Source: Phaeosaccion multiseriatum (Eukaryota > Protista > Ochrophyta, other classes). From it: DNA of 64,000 nt. A program made the translations under genes and the position numbers. The notes beneath the pieces were generated by a model. The model did not search any database and had not been told where the DNA came from. It saw only the letters and a list, made by a program, of their open reading frames with translations. This document shows, piece after piece, positions 1 through 19,082 of the stretch. The stretch lies in contig OZ218950.1 of assembly GCA_965112735.1 (NCBI GenBank), positions 2,542,001-2,606,000 on the forward strand, in the 5' to 3' direction. The stretch's first letter is position 1. Each line of letters opens with the position of its first letter.

Positions 1-7372
<7,372 letters not shown>

Positions 7373-7530
7373 TTTGATCAGGGTATCGCCCCCATCCCAT
7401 TATGTCAACAAATCATCACGCGCTCCCTCTTCCTTCCCTCCTCTCTCTTCCACTGTCTCCTTGGAAAGGCTTCCCTCCATCAAATCTCTTCCAAGGCCAC
7501 CGCGGCAGGTCCCCATCTCTTGAGCGCATC

Positions 7531-9192
7531 ATGTTCGGTAAGCCACGAACTATAAAGGATGGCTACTCCGCGAGAAAAGCTGGCAACAGGAAAATAGCAA
7601 CGGCGGCGTGTGAACGATCGGATGACGAGAGCGTCCTCCCTTCCCCTCTCCTCACCGTGCTTCGCCAACAACTGGGCGAAGCCAAGCACCGAATGAGCGC
7701 GCTGAGTGCAAAGCTGGATACCGAAAGGGAGGGCTGGGCGGTGGTATTGAATATGATCGACGGGGGATTCGTTGGGGACAGCGAGGTGACAGCGACAGGA
7801 CTTCAAGCACCAAGCAGAGGCAAACGGCGAAGGGATGGAAATGAAACGGGTGGCTGTAGTGCTGGCCTTGGTGGCTGTAGTGAGAGCAAGAGCAGCTCCG
7901 AAGGACAGCTGTGCAAGGATGCGGGTGGCACGAGGGGAGGTGGTAGCAACGTGCCCGTGAAAACGGGCGATGGAGCGGTGCTGATAGATATAACGAGGGG
8001 GCAGCAGCAGCAGCAACAGCAGCAGCGGCGGCGGCAGGAAGAGACAGGAAAGGGAGCAAAGGGAGGCAGTGACATGTGCAAGGCTCCCGCGGTGCAACCC
8101 TCCCGCAGCTATAGCAATAGGAACGGGGAGGAGGAAGAGAACCAGCAGCACTTCTCTGATGGGGGACTCAAGCGTATGCACCTTGACGAGGATATTGCTC
8201 GCAGTGATAGTAGGGCGAGGGAGAGGGGGAAGCAGGGGGGCGCTGAGAGGATGAGGGGTGAGGTAGACATGGTCAACGAGGTTCTGGCAGAGTATTCATC
8301 AGCTCAGCACGACCATGACGAGGAAGAGGAGGAGGAGGAGGGTGAGGAGGAGTCTGACGACGAACGCCAAGACGAGGAGGGAGAAATTTACTCCACCGCT
8401 GCTCCTCCTTCTAGTGCTACTGCTACTGCTACTAGTACCAACCTGTCTTCAATCGAGAACGCGCGGGCATTGGCTCAAGCCCGGCAGGCACAGCTTGATG
8501 CGAACGGCGGAAAGCCACTCGTGCGTCTACACCCCCTTTCGCCATGCTCTCCCCAACTACAGTTACCTCCTCTTGTCGGACTCGATAGCATCGAGGGTAC
8601 CGCTGCTAGGGACGCGCGTCGACATCTGTGTCATGAAGGCAGGAGGCGCGGTGATGACTGTGAGGTGGGGGTGTCCGGGGATAGTTGGGACGTAACGCCT
8701 TTACCCCCTCACTTGTTTCGCCACGGTGAGGCATGCGCGAAAGGACTGCATCAGCAGGAGCAGCAGCAGCAGCAGCAGCATCAGGAGGAGCAGGAGGAGG
8801 AAGAGGGGGTGGGGGAGGGCGAGGGCGGGGAGCAGCAGCAGCAACAGGAGGAGGAGGAGGAGGAGGAGCAGGAGGAGGAGGCGGACGACGAGGAGGAGGG
8901 GGAGAGCGACGACGAGGAGGAGGAGAAGGAAGGCCACGGCGCAAAGGCTGCAGCCAGAGAAGTAGGAACAGCCAGATCAGCAGCAGCAGCAGCAGCAGCT
9001 GGTGATACAGCAGCAGCAGACAACAAACGGCGCCCAAAAACGCAAGCGAGGAGAAAGAAGCTCCCACTGAGCCGGAGCGCGGCCATCAGACAAATGCGAT
9101 TGGACCCCACCCCCGCAGGGAGAGAGGAACGGAGGAAGAATCTCAAGACGGCGCGACCGAAGCTGACCAAGCCGCATTGGCACCCCGAGTGA
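7531..9192 (+). CDS. Intronless hypothetical protein, about 550 aa, acidic and low-complexity, with a short N-terminal coiled-coil-like segment and a basic C-terminal tail
   Basis: Long uninterrupted ORF (7402-9192; more likely ATG at 7531, MFGKPRTIKDG), divergent from PEX6. It contains non-repetitive protein-like segments (LLTVLRQQLGEAKHRMSALSAKLDTEREGW; KKLPLSRSAAIRQMRLDP). I recognise no family. Confidence 0.6.
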   Translation: MFGKPRTIKDGYSARKAGNRKIATAACERSDDESVLPSPLLTVLRQQLGEAKHRMSALSAKLDTEREGWAVVLNMIDGGFVGDSEVTATGLQAPSRGKRRRDGNETGGCSAGLGGCSESKSSSEGQLCKDAGGTRGGGSNVPVKTGDGAVLIDITRGQQQQQQQQRRRQEETGKGAKGGSDMCKAPAVQPSRSYSNRNGEEEENQQHFSDGGLKRMHLDEDIARSDSRARERGKQGGAERMRGEVDMVNEVLAEYSSAQHDHDEEEEEEEGEEESDDERQDEEGEIYSTAAPPSSATATATSTNLSSIENARALAQARQAQLDANGGKPLVRLHPLSPCSPQLQLPPLVGLDSIEGTAARDARRHLCHEGRRRGDDCEVGVSGDSWDVTPLPPHLFRHGEACAKGLHQQEQQQQQQHQEEQEEEEGVGEGEGGEQQQQQEEEEEEEQEEEADDEEEGESDDEEEEKEGHGAKAAAREVGTARSAAAAAAAGDTAAADNKRRPKTQARRKKLPLSRSAAIRQMRLDPTPAGREERRKNLKTARPKLTKPHWHPE

Positions 9193-9635
9193 ATGCATCG
9201 ATAGACGACACGACAGCGTTGGTCTGATGTTTCAGTTCATTGTGTTGGAGGGAAGAGAGTCTGTGCCTCACAGGCCTGAGGCTCCCTCTATTCACGCTCT
9301 GAGCAGAGCGTCGTGCAGAGCACATGCACGCACGCACACACACACACACACACGGCATGACCTTGTTTAGCGAGGATGGAGGGGATTGGCAGCGTCTGGA
9401 AGGGAACGAATTGAACCAAACCGAAGGAGGAAGGGAAATAAAAAAAAACTCCAACACCAAAGCGCTATAGCTCTTCGTGTAGCTCTTTGATATGCCTACC
9501 GACACAGAGTCGCTTCATTTCCTTCCTTCCTTCCTTCCCTAATTTTCAGCATTTCCGGAGGAGGGGGGGGGGAGGGGAGGGCTTTATGAGGGCCGGTTTC
9601 GTAAGTCAGGGAATCCCCACCGAGAGAAGGCCGCA

Positions 9636-9991
9636 GAGAAGAGTGGCAGCGGCACGGCAACCAGCGACGGTAGAGCAGCATTAGGACCCTTGTCAAGCCT
9701 GAGAGCCGCGGAGACTCCGCTGGGAGTGGAGGTGGGCGTAATACGGCGGCGGAATATCGTTCTCTTCTGTTCCCGCCTCTTTTGACTCCGTCTCTTCCCC
9801 CACCTCTCTCGAGAGAAGAGCGGCACCCGCACGGAAACCAGCCACGGAACAGCAGTAGTGGGACTCTAGGAAAGCCTGGGAGCCGCGAAGACGCCGCTGG
9901 GAGTGGAGGTGGGCGCGATAAGGCGGCGGAGTATCGCTCTTGAGAGAACAGCGGCATCGGCACAGCGGCCAGCCACGGAGCAGCAGCATGG
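9636..9991. repeat. Imperfect direct repeat of about 130 bp, two full copies and one partial
   Basis: Units at ~9636-9766 and ~9813-9940 share GAGAAGAG-GGCA...CGCTGGGAGTGGAGGTGGGCG...GGCGGCGGA-TATCG; a third partial copy lies at ~9943-9991. Confidence 0.75.
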
Positions 9992-10384
9992 GAGGAGAAG
10001 GGTGTGCTTTCCGTGACCCTCAGTACGCTCTCAACGGGGGAGAGAGCAAGAGCATGAGCAGCTTGGGGGGAGGAGCAGCACAAGCAGCAGTGGCAAGAGC
10101 AGCAGCGGGGAGGGGGGGCAGCAACACGAGCGGCGCGGGTGGAGCAAGAGCAGAAGCAGGAAGGGGGGCCAGTAGCACGAGCGGCACGGGGGGAGCAAGA
10201 GCAACAACCACAGCAACAGATGGTGCAGGACCAGGAGTCCTTGTAACCCCTATATTCAGGACGAAAATTGTTCGCGTTGTTCGGTTATAGACGACGACAA
10301 AGAGAGTGCAAGAGTGCCTCAGGACGAAGGCTCTGCCCTTTCAGGCAATGAACAAGAGGAGCACGCTGATACGAGCAATGGAGG

Positions 10385-10742
10385 TAGAGAGGACGGTGAC
10401 GAAGGAAGACTCTGCGGGTAGCTAGTCCTCCTTGATCAAGCCGAGCGCGACTTTGATGAGAGCGAGAGAAGCCATACAGTCTTGCGTAGAATCCCCCCAC
10501 CCATAACAGTGTCAAAGTAGCGCAGTCCAGAGGAAGACCTCACAGCCGTCCCGTGAAGGGCCATCCCCCGCTGGCAGTCAAACTGGGTCGTGCCCTGCTG
10601 GCTGCTGTGTCTTTTGCAGGGGCAGAATTTGCATCTTGAAGTCGACCACAAAATGAAGGTTCTCCGGGTCCGTCTCTGCAGCTCTTGCATCCTCTTGTTC
10701 TGAGCGCAGGCTCGCCTTGCATGGCCGAGGTAGTTCCAAGAC
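10385..10742 (-). mobile_element. Decayed DDD transposase fragment, Sola3-like, with three frameshifts and one stop
   Basis: Stitching frames gives WNYLGHARRACAQNKRMQEL / ETDPENLHFVVDFKMQILPLQK / TQFDCQRGMALHGTAV...YFDTVMG / DSTQDCMASLALIKVALGLIKED*LPAESSFVTVLS. This follows the motif order H-x-x-R...Q, D-F-x-M-K-x-L-P, K-R-G-x-x-W/L-H, D-x-x-Q-D, then a strand leading to S-D-N, which I recall for Sola3-type transposases. The family assignment is from memory, not from a search. Confidence 0.6.
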
Positions 10743-11094
10743 CTTATACTTCGTATACATTATATACATATTGTGTGTCCTCCAATACACACATCAGTGT
10801 CTCTCGTCCTCTCTCTCTTGTGTTGCGGAAGCATCCCGCAGAGTGTCGTCGTGAACCACTTGGACACAGCGTCACAGTCGGGACAAAAGCCGTCCGTAGA
10901 GGTCGTTCTTGCCATGCTCTAGAAGCTTACACGGCACACGCTCACACGCCACACACGAAAGAGAGGGGGGGGGGGGCGAAAGAAGGGGTGAGGGGGCGGA
11001 GTGTCGACACGATTCACAAGATAGGCCGTATGTGTTTGCCCTGCCCTTGCTCTTTCTATCGATCGCGCACACACGCAAGCATTCGCGAACCCAC

Positions 11095-11135
11095 GCACAC
11101 ACACAAACACACACACATTCACACACATTCACACA

Positions 11136-11225
<90 letters not shown>
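11095..11225. repeat. (CA)n microsatellite
   Basis: Long near-perfect CA tract. Confidence 0.95.
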
Positions 11226-11228
<3 letters not shown>

Positions 11229-11866
11229 CCACCCACGCACGCACACGCACACGAAAGCACCTTGGAAATCCCACAGAAGATCAGTGGTAGCCACAGAAGA
11301 TCAGTGATAGCCACGCGCGTTGGGGGCATTCTTCTCCAGCTTGGGCCTGGGCAAGAGGGGAGCAAGAGGGCTGCAAGGGGGGGGGAGAGAAAGGGAGAGC
11401 GAGAGAGAGAGAGAGAGAGGCTCCTGTGCCTTACGTAAGGGCCATGCGGGTCTTACGTAAGGGTGTCTTGCAGCCCAGAGGGCACTCCCTCCCCCCCTAA
11501 AGTGCCTCTATCGCCGAGTTGAGCAGTTTTGGTTACGCGTCCCAGGCAGGGGTGGGTACCTAAGGGGAGTGCAACAAGACCCTCCATTTCTTTGGCACTG
11601 CACTACGCCAATCGCCTTTTTATGTGTCTCGGAGGTGAGTGAGCTCTCTTACAGTTGTATGTACTTTCGGACCAAAAAGGCACACGATAAAGAACGGCCC
11701 TTTATTCTTTTAATTATTTTTTTATTAAAAAATGAACGCAACTCGAGTGTTAATTAACGGTGAATTAATACTCACCCTTGCACTGCCTCACTGCATCACT
11801 GCCTCACAGCCTCACTGCCTCACTGCCTTACTGCCTTACTGCCTCACTGCCTCACTGCCCAGCCGA

Positions 11867-14800
11867 TCAGCTCGTGATAGCGATCATGTGGCGGCGGTAG
11901 GCGTTGGCGAAGGGTCCGTTGTTGTTGCACAGGGCCTGAAAGGAGCCACTCTCCACCACCTTGCCGCCCTCCAAGTACACGACTTGGTCTGCCAGGCGGG
12001 ATAGGTGCAGCTGACGGGTGGCAACCACTGCCACCTGAGGGGGGTGAGGGAGTGAGTGAGTGAGTGAGTGAGTAAGTGAGTGAGAAAGTGGGTGAGGAAG
12101 GGAGGGAGGGACGGAGGGAGAGGGTCAGTGAGCGATTGAGTGCGTGAGGGAGGGAGGGAGGGAGAGAGCGGGTGAGTGAGTGACGTCGTGAGTGAGTGAG
12201 TGAATGATAGAGTAACTAGGTGAGTGGATGATTGAGTGCGTGAGTGTGTGAGTGGGGGTGTGCATAAATGCAGCGGCAGCAGCAGCAGCAGCACTAAAAG
12301 CAGAAAGAGAGAGAGGAAGAGAGAGCAGAAGAAGAAGAGAGTGAGAGAGAGAGAAAGAGAAAGAGCAAGAGAAAGAGAAGGAGAAAGAGAGATATGCCCC
12401 CATTGCCTTCTCCACCACCCCACTACCCGATAGCCCTAATCGCTACGGACCTGCCGGAGCTGCTGCATTTGATTCTTGATACCCCCCAGCAGCTCGAGTG
12501 CGTCCTGAGCGTCAATGCAGTCGACAGGCTCATCCAACAGAACGGCTCTGCTGTCGTCAGCTCTCATGAATAGACGGCTCAGCATCACGCGCTGCCACTC
12601 ACCCTCCGACAGACCGCACCCCATGGACCTGTTTGTTTGTTTGTGTGTGTGTGTGTGCGTGTGTGTGTGGGGCAGGCAGGTGGAAGGGGAGAATAGGGTA
12701 ACTAACCGAACTGCAGAGAAAACAAATACTTTACTACGAAGTAGAGAGGTGGAGACAAGCCCCATTCCTCTCAGTCGTGCTCGTTCTCCATCTCCCTCTC
12801 TGCGTGTCGTTGCCTTCCTCGCAGCCCCCCCCCCCCCCCCCTCTCCCTCTCTCTATCTGTCCCTATCACTATCACTTCTGCTCCTTATGCCTCTCCCTCT
12901 GCATGCATACACTCCTACCCCACCCCAATCATCTACACCAGCACCAACACACACACACACACACACACACCTGCCGCTCCCCGCCCCTCCTCTCCCTCCC
13001 GGTATGCGTAGACCATGCCCATCTTCGAGCATCGTGTCAAACCCTCCGGGGAGGCCCTCAACGAGAGCTGCACACCCTGCTATGGCCGCCGCCTGTGCCC
13101 ACATCAGTCTGGTGGAGGGAGGGGAGAGGAGGGGAGAGGAGGGAGTTGAAAGGGGGCGTTTCCAGTCCGGGGTGAGCGGTCGGTCATTCACTCATTCAGA
13201 TCGATGTCGACTCAGCCCCCCCCCTCCCCCTCCCCTTCCCCTCACTCACTCACTCACTCACTCACTCCCTCACTCACCCACTCACTCCCCCACATACAAT
13301 ACATACTCCCTCAATGACCCCCCTTCCCCCTCCCGCCCTCCCTCCCACCCGCCCTCCCTCCCTAACTCACTCACTCACTCAATCAATACAAAACCACGTC
13401 CGCACCTATTCCCAAACTCTCGCTCGTCCCCCGCTCCGATGTTCTCCCCCACGCTAAGGTGGAAGCGAGCAGGCGCCTGCGAGATCCACGCCACTCGCTG
13501 CCGGTACGAAGCCGAGTCCCACTCGCGAAGGTCTCGCCCCTGCCATCACGGGCCATCACGGGCCATCGCACCATCGCACCATAGCACCAAAAAGATGGCC
13601 AAAAGATGGCAGCACATTGTAGGGGCGCCCCGCGGCAAGGCGGACAGACAGACAGACAGACAGACAGGCAGACAGACAGACACACAGACAGACAGACAGA
13701 CAGACAGGCAGACAGACGACAGAGACAGACAGACAGACGACAGAGACAGACAGACAGACAGGCAGACGGGCAGACAGAGAGACAGAGAGACAGACAGATA
13801 GATAGACAGAAAGGCAGGCAGGAGCGGTGGGTCGGGTGAGCGACAGGCCACCGCAGAGCAGAACAGAGCAGAGCAGAACAGAGCAGAACAAAGCACGGCA
13901 CAAACATCACACACATCTTCCTTCTAATACTACGAAAGGAAAAGGAAGCGCCGCCATCCACCCATGCACCCACCCATCCACACCCTCCCATCCCCACGCA
14001 CCCACCCACAATCCTACACACACACACATACACACACCTGGAAGGAGACCATCCCCCTGCCTTCACTGCTGACAAAGCCCAATAGTGCCCGCATGATCGC
14101 ACTCTTTCCCGACCCCTCCCCCCCCACGATCATCACCAGAGAGCCCGGTTCGGCCCTGAAGCTCGCCCCCTTAACTGCGAAGCTCGCCTGGCTACTACTA
14201 CTACTGCCGCCACCGCTACCGCTGCCTCCCTCTCCTCTTCGGCTGCCATCTCCCTCCTCTCCCCGGCCGGGGTAGCGCACCCACAAGTCCTCCACCAGCA
14301 GCCCTGCGGCCGGGTCCGGTCCCTCACTACTCCAGCCAGACCAATCCCAATTAGACCTGGAAGAAGAAGAAGAAGAAGAAGAAGGAGAAGAGCCGGAGCC
14401 CGAGCCGAGTGAGTCCTCCTCCCCCACCCCTCCCCTGACCGCCGCCTCTCGCTCGTCTTCCGCGGCCAAGGCAGTCAGCACCACAAGTTGCATCCTTCGA
14501 GTGACGGGGCGAAGGCAGCGCATGTTTAGGAGTGATGCGAGGCACCGGAGGAAGGTGCTGTGGGCCGTAAAGGCAAGGCCCACACCAAGCACGAGTTGAC
14601 TGAGGTCCCACTCTCCTTGCAGGGTCAGCTGCAGCATGCGAAGGAGGCCGTACGCAACCCCTCCTGTCGCCAAACCCCACCACAGAAACCCTCGCACGAC
14701 CGCGAAGAGGCCCATTTTGTTGGTGGAGGTGGTGGTGCTTGCCGCCTTCGTAAGGGCTGCCGTCTGTGGTGTTTCCTGTTTGTCGAGGATGAAGCGATTG

Positions 14801-15074
14801 AGGTGCCGCACAGAGGCTTCGAACCCGCTCATGCTGCGGAGGGATCCCGTACTTCCCCTCGTTGCGGCACCTTCGAGGAGGAGCTTCTCCATTTGCTCCA
14901 AATCGTCGTCGTCTGTGAGTGTGCTGTCGGAAACCACACGCGAGAGGGCGAGAAGAAAGCCCTCGAGGAGGATGGAGACGAACACCGCCATTCCAAGCAA
15001 CAGAGGGCCCTGTGCAGGGGCGCACGGCGAGAGCAAAGCGACAGGCAGGGAGAAGCAAGGGGCCGAGTGAGCAG

Positions 15075-15119
<45 letters not shown>

Positions 15120-16684
15120 GGCGAAAGAGAGAGAAAGAGAGACCCCTCCCCTCCCAACCCACCCACCCACATCCACCCAACGCACCTCTCCGGGCCAAAG
15201 CAAACGCAGCGCAGCAACCCCCGCTGCGAGGCCCGCGAGACTGCCCCACAGCTGCATACCCGCAGCGGCGAAGTGAAAGGGCGCTGCTCCGAGCTCACCA
15301 AAGTCAATGAAGGAGGGACGATCGCTCCCGTCACTGCCACTGCGACCAGGGAGGAGCGTCTGCAGGAGGTACTGGCGGTTGGAGGCCCTGCGTGGGTGTG
15401 GGTGCGTGGGTGGGAGCCAATGTGGGTGGTGGCGCAGGTGGGAAGGTGGGGAATGGTGGTGGTGTATGGGTGTGTGTTGGTGGGTGTGGCGAGTTGGGGT
15501 GTGTATGTGTGTGCGTGTTTGTGCGTGTTTACGTGTGTGTGAGTGTGTAGTAGGTGTGCTTGTGTGCCAACCCAACAACCAACCAAAGAATTATCTACCA
15601 AACCAACCAACCAACTTTCCAACCAACCAAAGAATCATCTACCAATCCAACCAACCGACCAACCAACTATCCAACCAACCAAAGAATCATCTACCAAACC
15701 AACCAACCGACCAACCAACTTTCCAACCAACCAAAGAATCATCTACCAAACCAACCAACCGACCAACCAACTATCCAACCAACCAAAGAATCATCTACCA
15801 ATCCAACTAACCGACCAACCAACTATCCAACCAACCAAAGAAACATCTACCAAACCAACCAACCGACCAACTATCTCACCAACCAACCAGAGAAATCATC
15901 TACCAAACCAACCACCCAACCAACCAACCACCCAACCAACCTGGTGAGGGCTTCCGCCTTGGGCTGCAGCCACCCTCGCATAGCTCCCTTCACCACCGCT
16001 GTGACAAGCACGGCTCCTACCCACAAGCCAAAGAGCACCGCCGCATCCTTGGGGAGGGAAGTCCCAAACACGAAAGTGCTGCCCAAGGCAGGAGCTTGGA
16101 TGGTCTCTCTCACTCCATCGCCGCCACTGCCTCCACTGCCTCCAGTGGCTCCAGAGGCTCCAGCCGAGAGCCAGGCTGCTATGGAGGAGAGAGACAACTG
16201 ACTGCCTGGTCCACCCAGCCCACCACCCAGCCCACCCTCGTCTTGGAGTTGACGGCTGTGAGGAAGTTGGCCGAGCAAGACGGAGCCGAGGAAGATGACC
16301 AGCACCACCCCGGCACCCTGTGGCGTTGAGCAAAGGCAAAGAGCAGCACAGCTTCAGCTTTTTCAGTTTCAGCTTACTGACTGATCTCGATAGATCAAGA
16401 GACATCGAACGCATATATAACGAATGTCTCGATGCGCTGTCTCCAGATGGGGAGAGAGGGAGAGAGAGAGGGCCGGATAGAGAGAGAGAGAGAGAGCTGG
16501 CATGCACAAACCTGAAGGACGGAGAAGAGCCACCACAGGAGCAGAGGGAGGGAGGAGCCCCACTGGCGGCTCAAGATGCGGAAGTTGTCCACTCCGGTGG
16601 AGGTGATGAGCTGGGGCAAGCCGAAGAGGGAGAGGCACTGGAAAAGGGCTCTCTTGGCTGCGAACACCACCTGCAACGGAGGAG

Positions 16685-16751
<67 letters not shown>

Positions 16752-17520
16752 CAAGCAGAGAGAGAGAGAGAGAGGGGGACCCGAGGGTGGGTCCATCCTC
16801 CACGTGTCCCCCCCCCCCCTCCCCTCTCGTGCCTACCTCCCTCGCTTCCTTCCCTGACTTACCCACTTAAGCCTTTCTCATCTCCTTACCCTTGCCTGCC
16901 TCATTGACTTTACTCACCCCTTGCTCGTCGTCGTCGGAGTCCCAGCCCGCTTCCGCCTCTTTGTAACGGTTCTTCCTCCTCAACGCGAGGAGCCGCCCCG
17001 TCCCGATGGAGGGCATCGAAATGGACGGGAGGGATGGCACCAGACGGGATAGAGCGGAGAACCGACGCTCTTTGTCACCACCCTTCCGCCCCCCTCCCCC
17101 ACCTCCTCCGTCTCTTCCCCCTCGTCTTCCTCCGCCTGGGTCGTGCCAATTGCTTCGTCTCCATGCCTCCCCGTCATCCTCTGCGTCGCCATCTTCCCTC
17201 TGCGCTGCAAAGAAGGCTCTAATCTCGGCCTCATCAATGTCTCCCGGTTGCCCTTGACCTTGACTCCTGTCACCGGCACTACCCGTTCCCTTCCCCTCTG
17301 TTCCTATCTCCCTCCCCCCTTCGCTGCTTCCTACCCCCGTAGGAGGAGGAGACCCTCCTGTCTGTGCTCCCCCCCCTCCAGGACCTGAGTGAGGGCCGGA
17401 GGGTGGCAGCGGCTGCTGCAGCTGCGGCTGATCGGGTGGTGGTGGGGGAGGTGGTACAGATGAGGAGGGGTACCCCGCTCTTGGCTGGAGCTCGTCGCCA
17501 TGCAGGCCATGCTGCTGCTG

Positions 17521-17560
<40 letters not shown>

Positions 17561-18733
17561 GAGGGAGGTCCTGGCTGACCGTAGAGAGACTGCTGCTGCT
17601 GCTGTTGCCCATATGTCTGCTGCCCATATACCTGCTGCTGTCCTTGATTGGGAGGGGGCCGTCTCGGCGCAGCCCCGTACCGGACGTCGAAACCTTCGTC
17701 GGCACTGGACTCGCTCTCCTCGTCGCCCCAGCCCCCAGCAGCGGCACCCCCCCCTTGCATTTGATGGCGCGAGGGCGGCGGTCGACCTCTTGGGCCTCGG
17801 TTTCCGGGTTTGGGTCGGCGGGAGGATCCTGCAGAGGGAGAGCGAGAGGGGGTGGGGGTGGGGGTGAGGTGGGCGCCGAGGGAACAGTGAGTTGGTGCCA
17901 CAGACTGGTATGATGGACCAAAGAATAATCATGAGTATACCACCCGTAACATTCCTCGCCCTGAGTGGACAGAGGCTGCTGAGACGTGGAAATTCCGGCA
18001 ATTCCTGTTTACCCTCTCACATGACATGCATCCGAGACGCCCAGGGTATGGTGCTGAACTCACCAAGTGTAAAGACCTTCCGGAAGGAGCCTTTGATAGC
18101 TGCGACACTCTCTGCCATTCGCCCCCCCTCCACGACCTCGTGTAGGGGCGGGCCCCACTCCTCTGAATCCTCCTGGCCCCACGCTCCTTCACGCCGCTGC
18201 TGCTGCTGCTGCTGTCGACCCTGCGGCCCCCTCCCAAACCCCTGCTGCCTCTGTCTCTGTCCCTGCCCTTGCCCTTGCCCTTGCCCCATGTCATCCATCT
18301 CAGACTCCGAGTCGTCCTCCAACTCCGGTACGGTATATCCTGACGTATAGCTCGCCATGAACCCTCCGCCGCCGCCTTCACTTGCACCATCGGTACCACC
18401 GCCTTGCCTGAGAGCTTCGGCCAAGCCTTGCGGTCTTCCCCTGGACCCAAAGCTGACCTTGGATGTGCGCTCATCGAGGTGTCCCTCCTGGTACCACTGC
18501 CTAATCTCACCCAGGCTGTATGGGCCCTGGGGCGGCTGATGGGGTGAAGTATGAAGGAACCAGTTGTTTGCACTGCCACCACCACCCCCAAAGCCGCTTG
18601 CAGCAGCCCATAGGTGGCTCCTTGTTGAGGTTGACGAGGAGTGAAGCAGCAAGATGAGCGCGGACGTGACGAGGACCCTTGTATTGCTGCGCCCTCTTCT
18701 TGGCCGCCGGCGCCGGAAAGACTGCTGCTCCAT
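11867..18733 (-). CDS. ABC transporter-like protein: N-terminal hydrophobic presequence, GYF_2 domain, low-complexity linker, multi-pass membrane region, C-terminal degenerate ABC ATPase. Exons approx. 18733-18064, 17829-16918, 16670-16512, 16318-15941, 15388-15186, 15010-14037, 13539-13406, 13108-12971, 12628-12451, 12034-11867
   Basis: GYF_2-like WFLHTSPHQPPQGPYSLGEIRQWYQEGHLDERTSKV. Walker A IVGGEGSGKSA. GRDLREWDSASYRQRVAWISQAPARFHLSVGENIGAGDE. Signature variant LSEGEWQRVMLSRLFMR. Walker B VLLDEP. C-terminal LADQVVYLEGGKVVESGSFQAL. Junctions are phase-consistent GT-AG. Upstream in-frame ATGs exist at 18757 and 18817. Confidence 0.8.
15567..15940. repeat. Intronic minisatellite, unit about 60 bp built on CCAA plus AAAGAATCATCTACC
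   Basis: About 6 tandem units containing CCAAAGAATCATCTACCAA within an ABC-gene intron. Confidence 0.85.
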
Positions 18734-19082
18734 ACTCTCGCTCAAGGACACCCCCATCAACACGCGGCGGATCGGGATGGGAGGGAAGCAAGGGAAGGAT
18801 GGCAGTGGAAGGCGCATACGTCCATGAGCGCCCGGAATCCCCGGAAAGCAGCGATCAATCTTCGATTTCTGGAAAAAGAATAACAGGTACTCATCAAAAT
18901 CAATCAAGACAGAGAATAAACAAGGGGGGTAATAAGAAGGAAGAAACTTAGGAGAGGACACACAGAAGGAGCAGCAGACAAGCGCAGCTGCAGCAGCAAC
19001 AGCAGGAGAATCCCCTGAGTTGCAGCTGAAAACCCGTTGGGGGGGAGAGGAGGAGGCAGGAGATTTTTTTTTTTTTTTGGGG

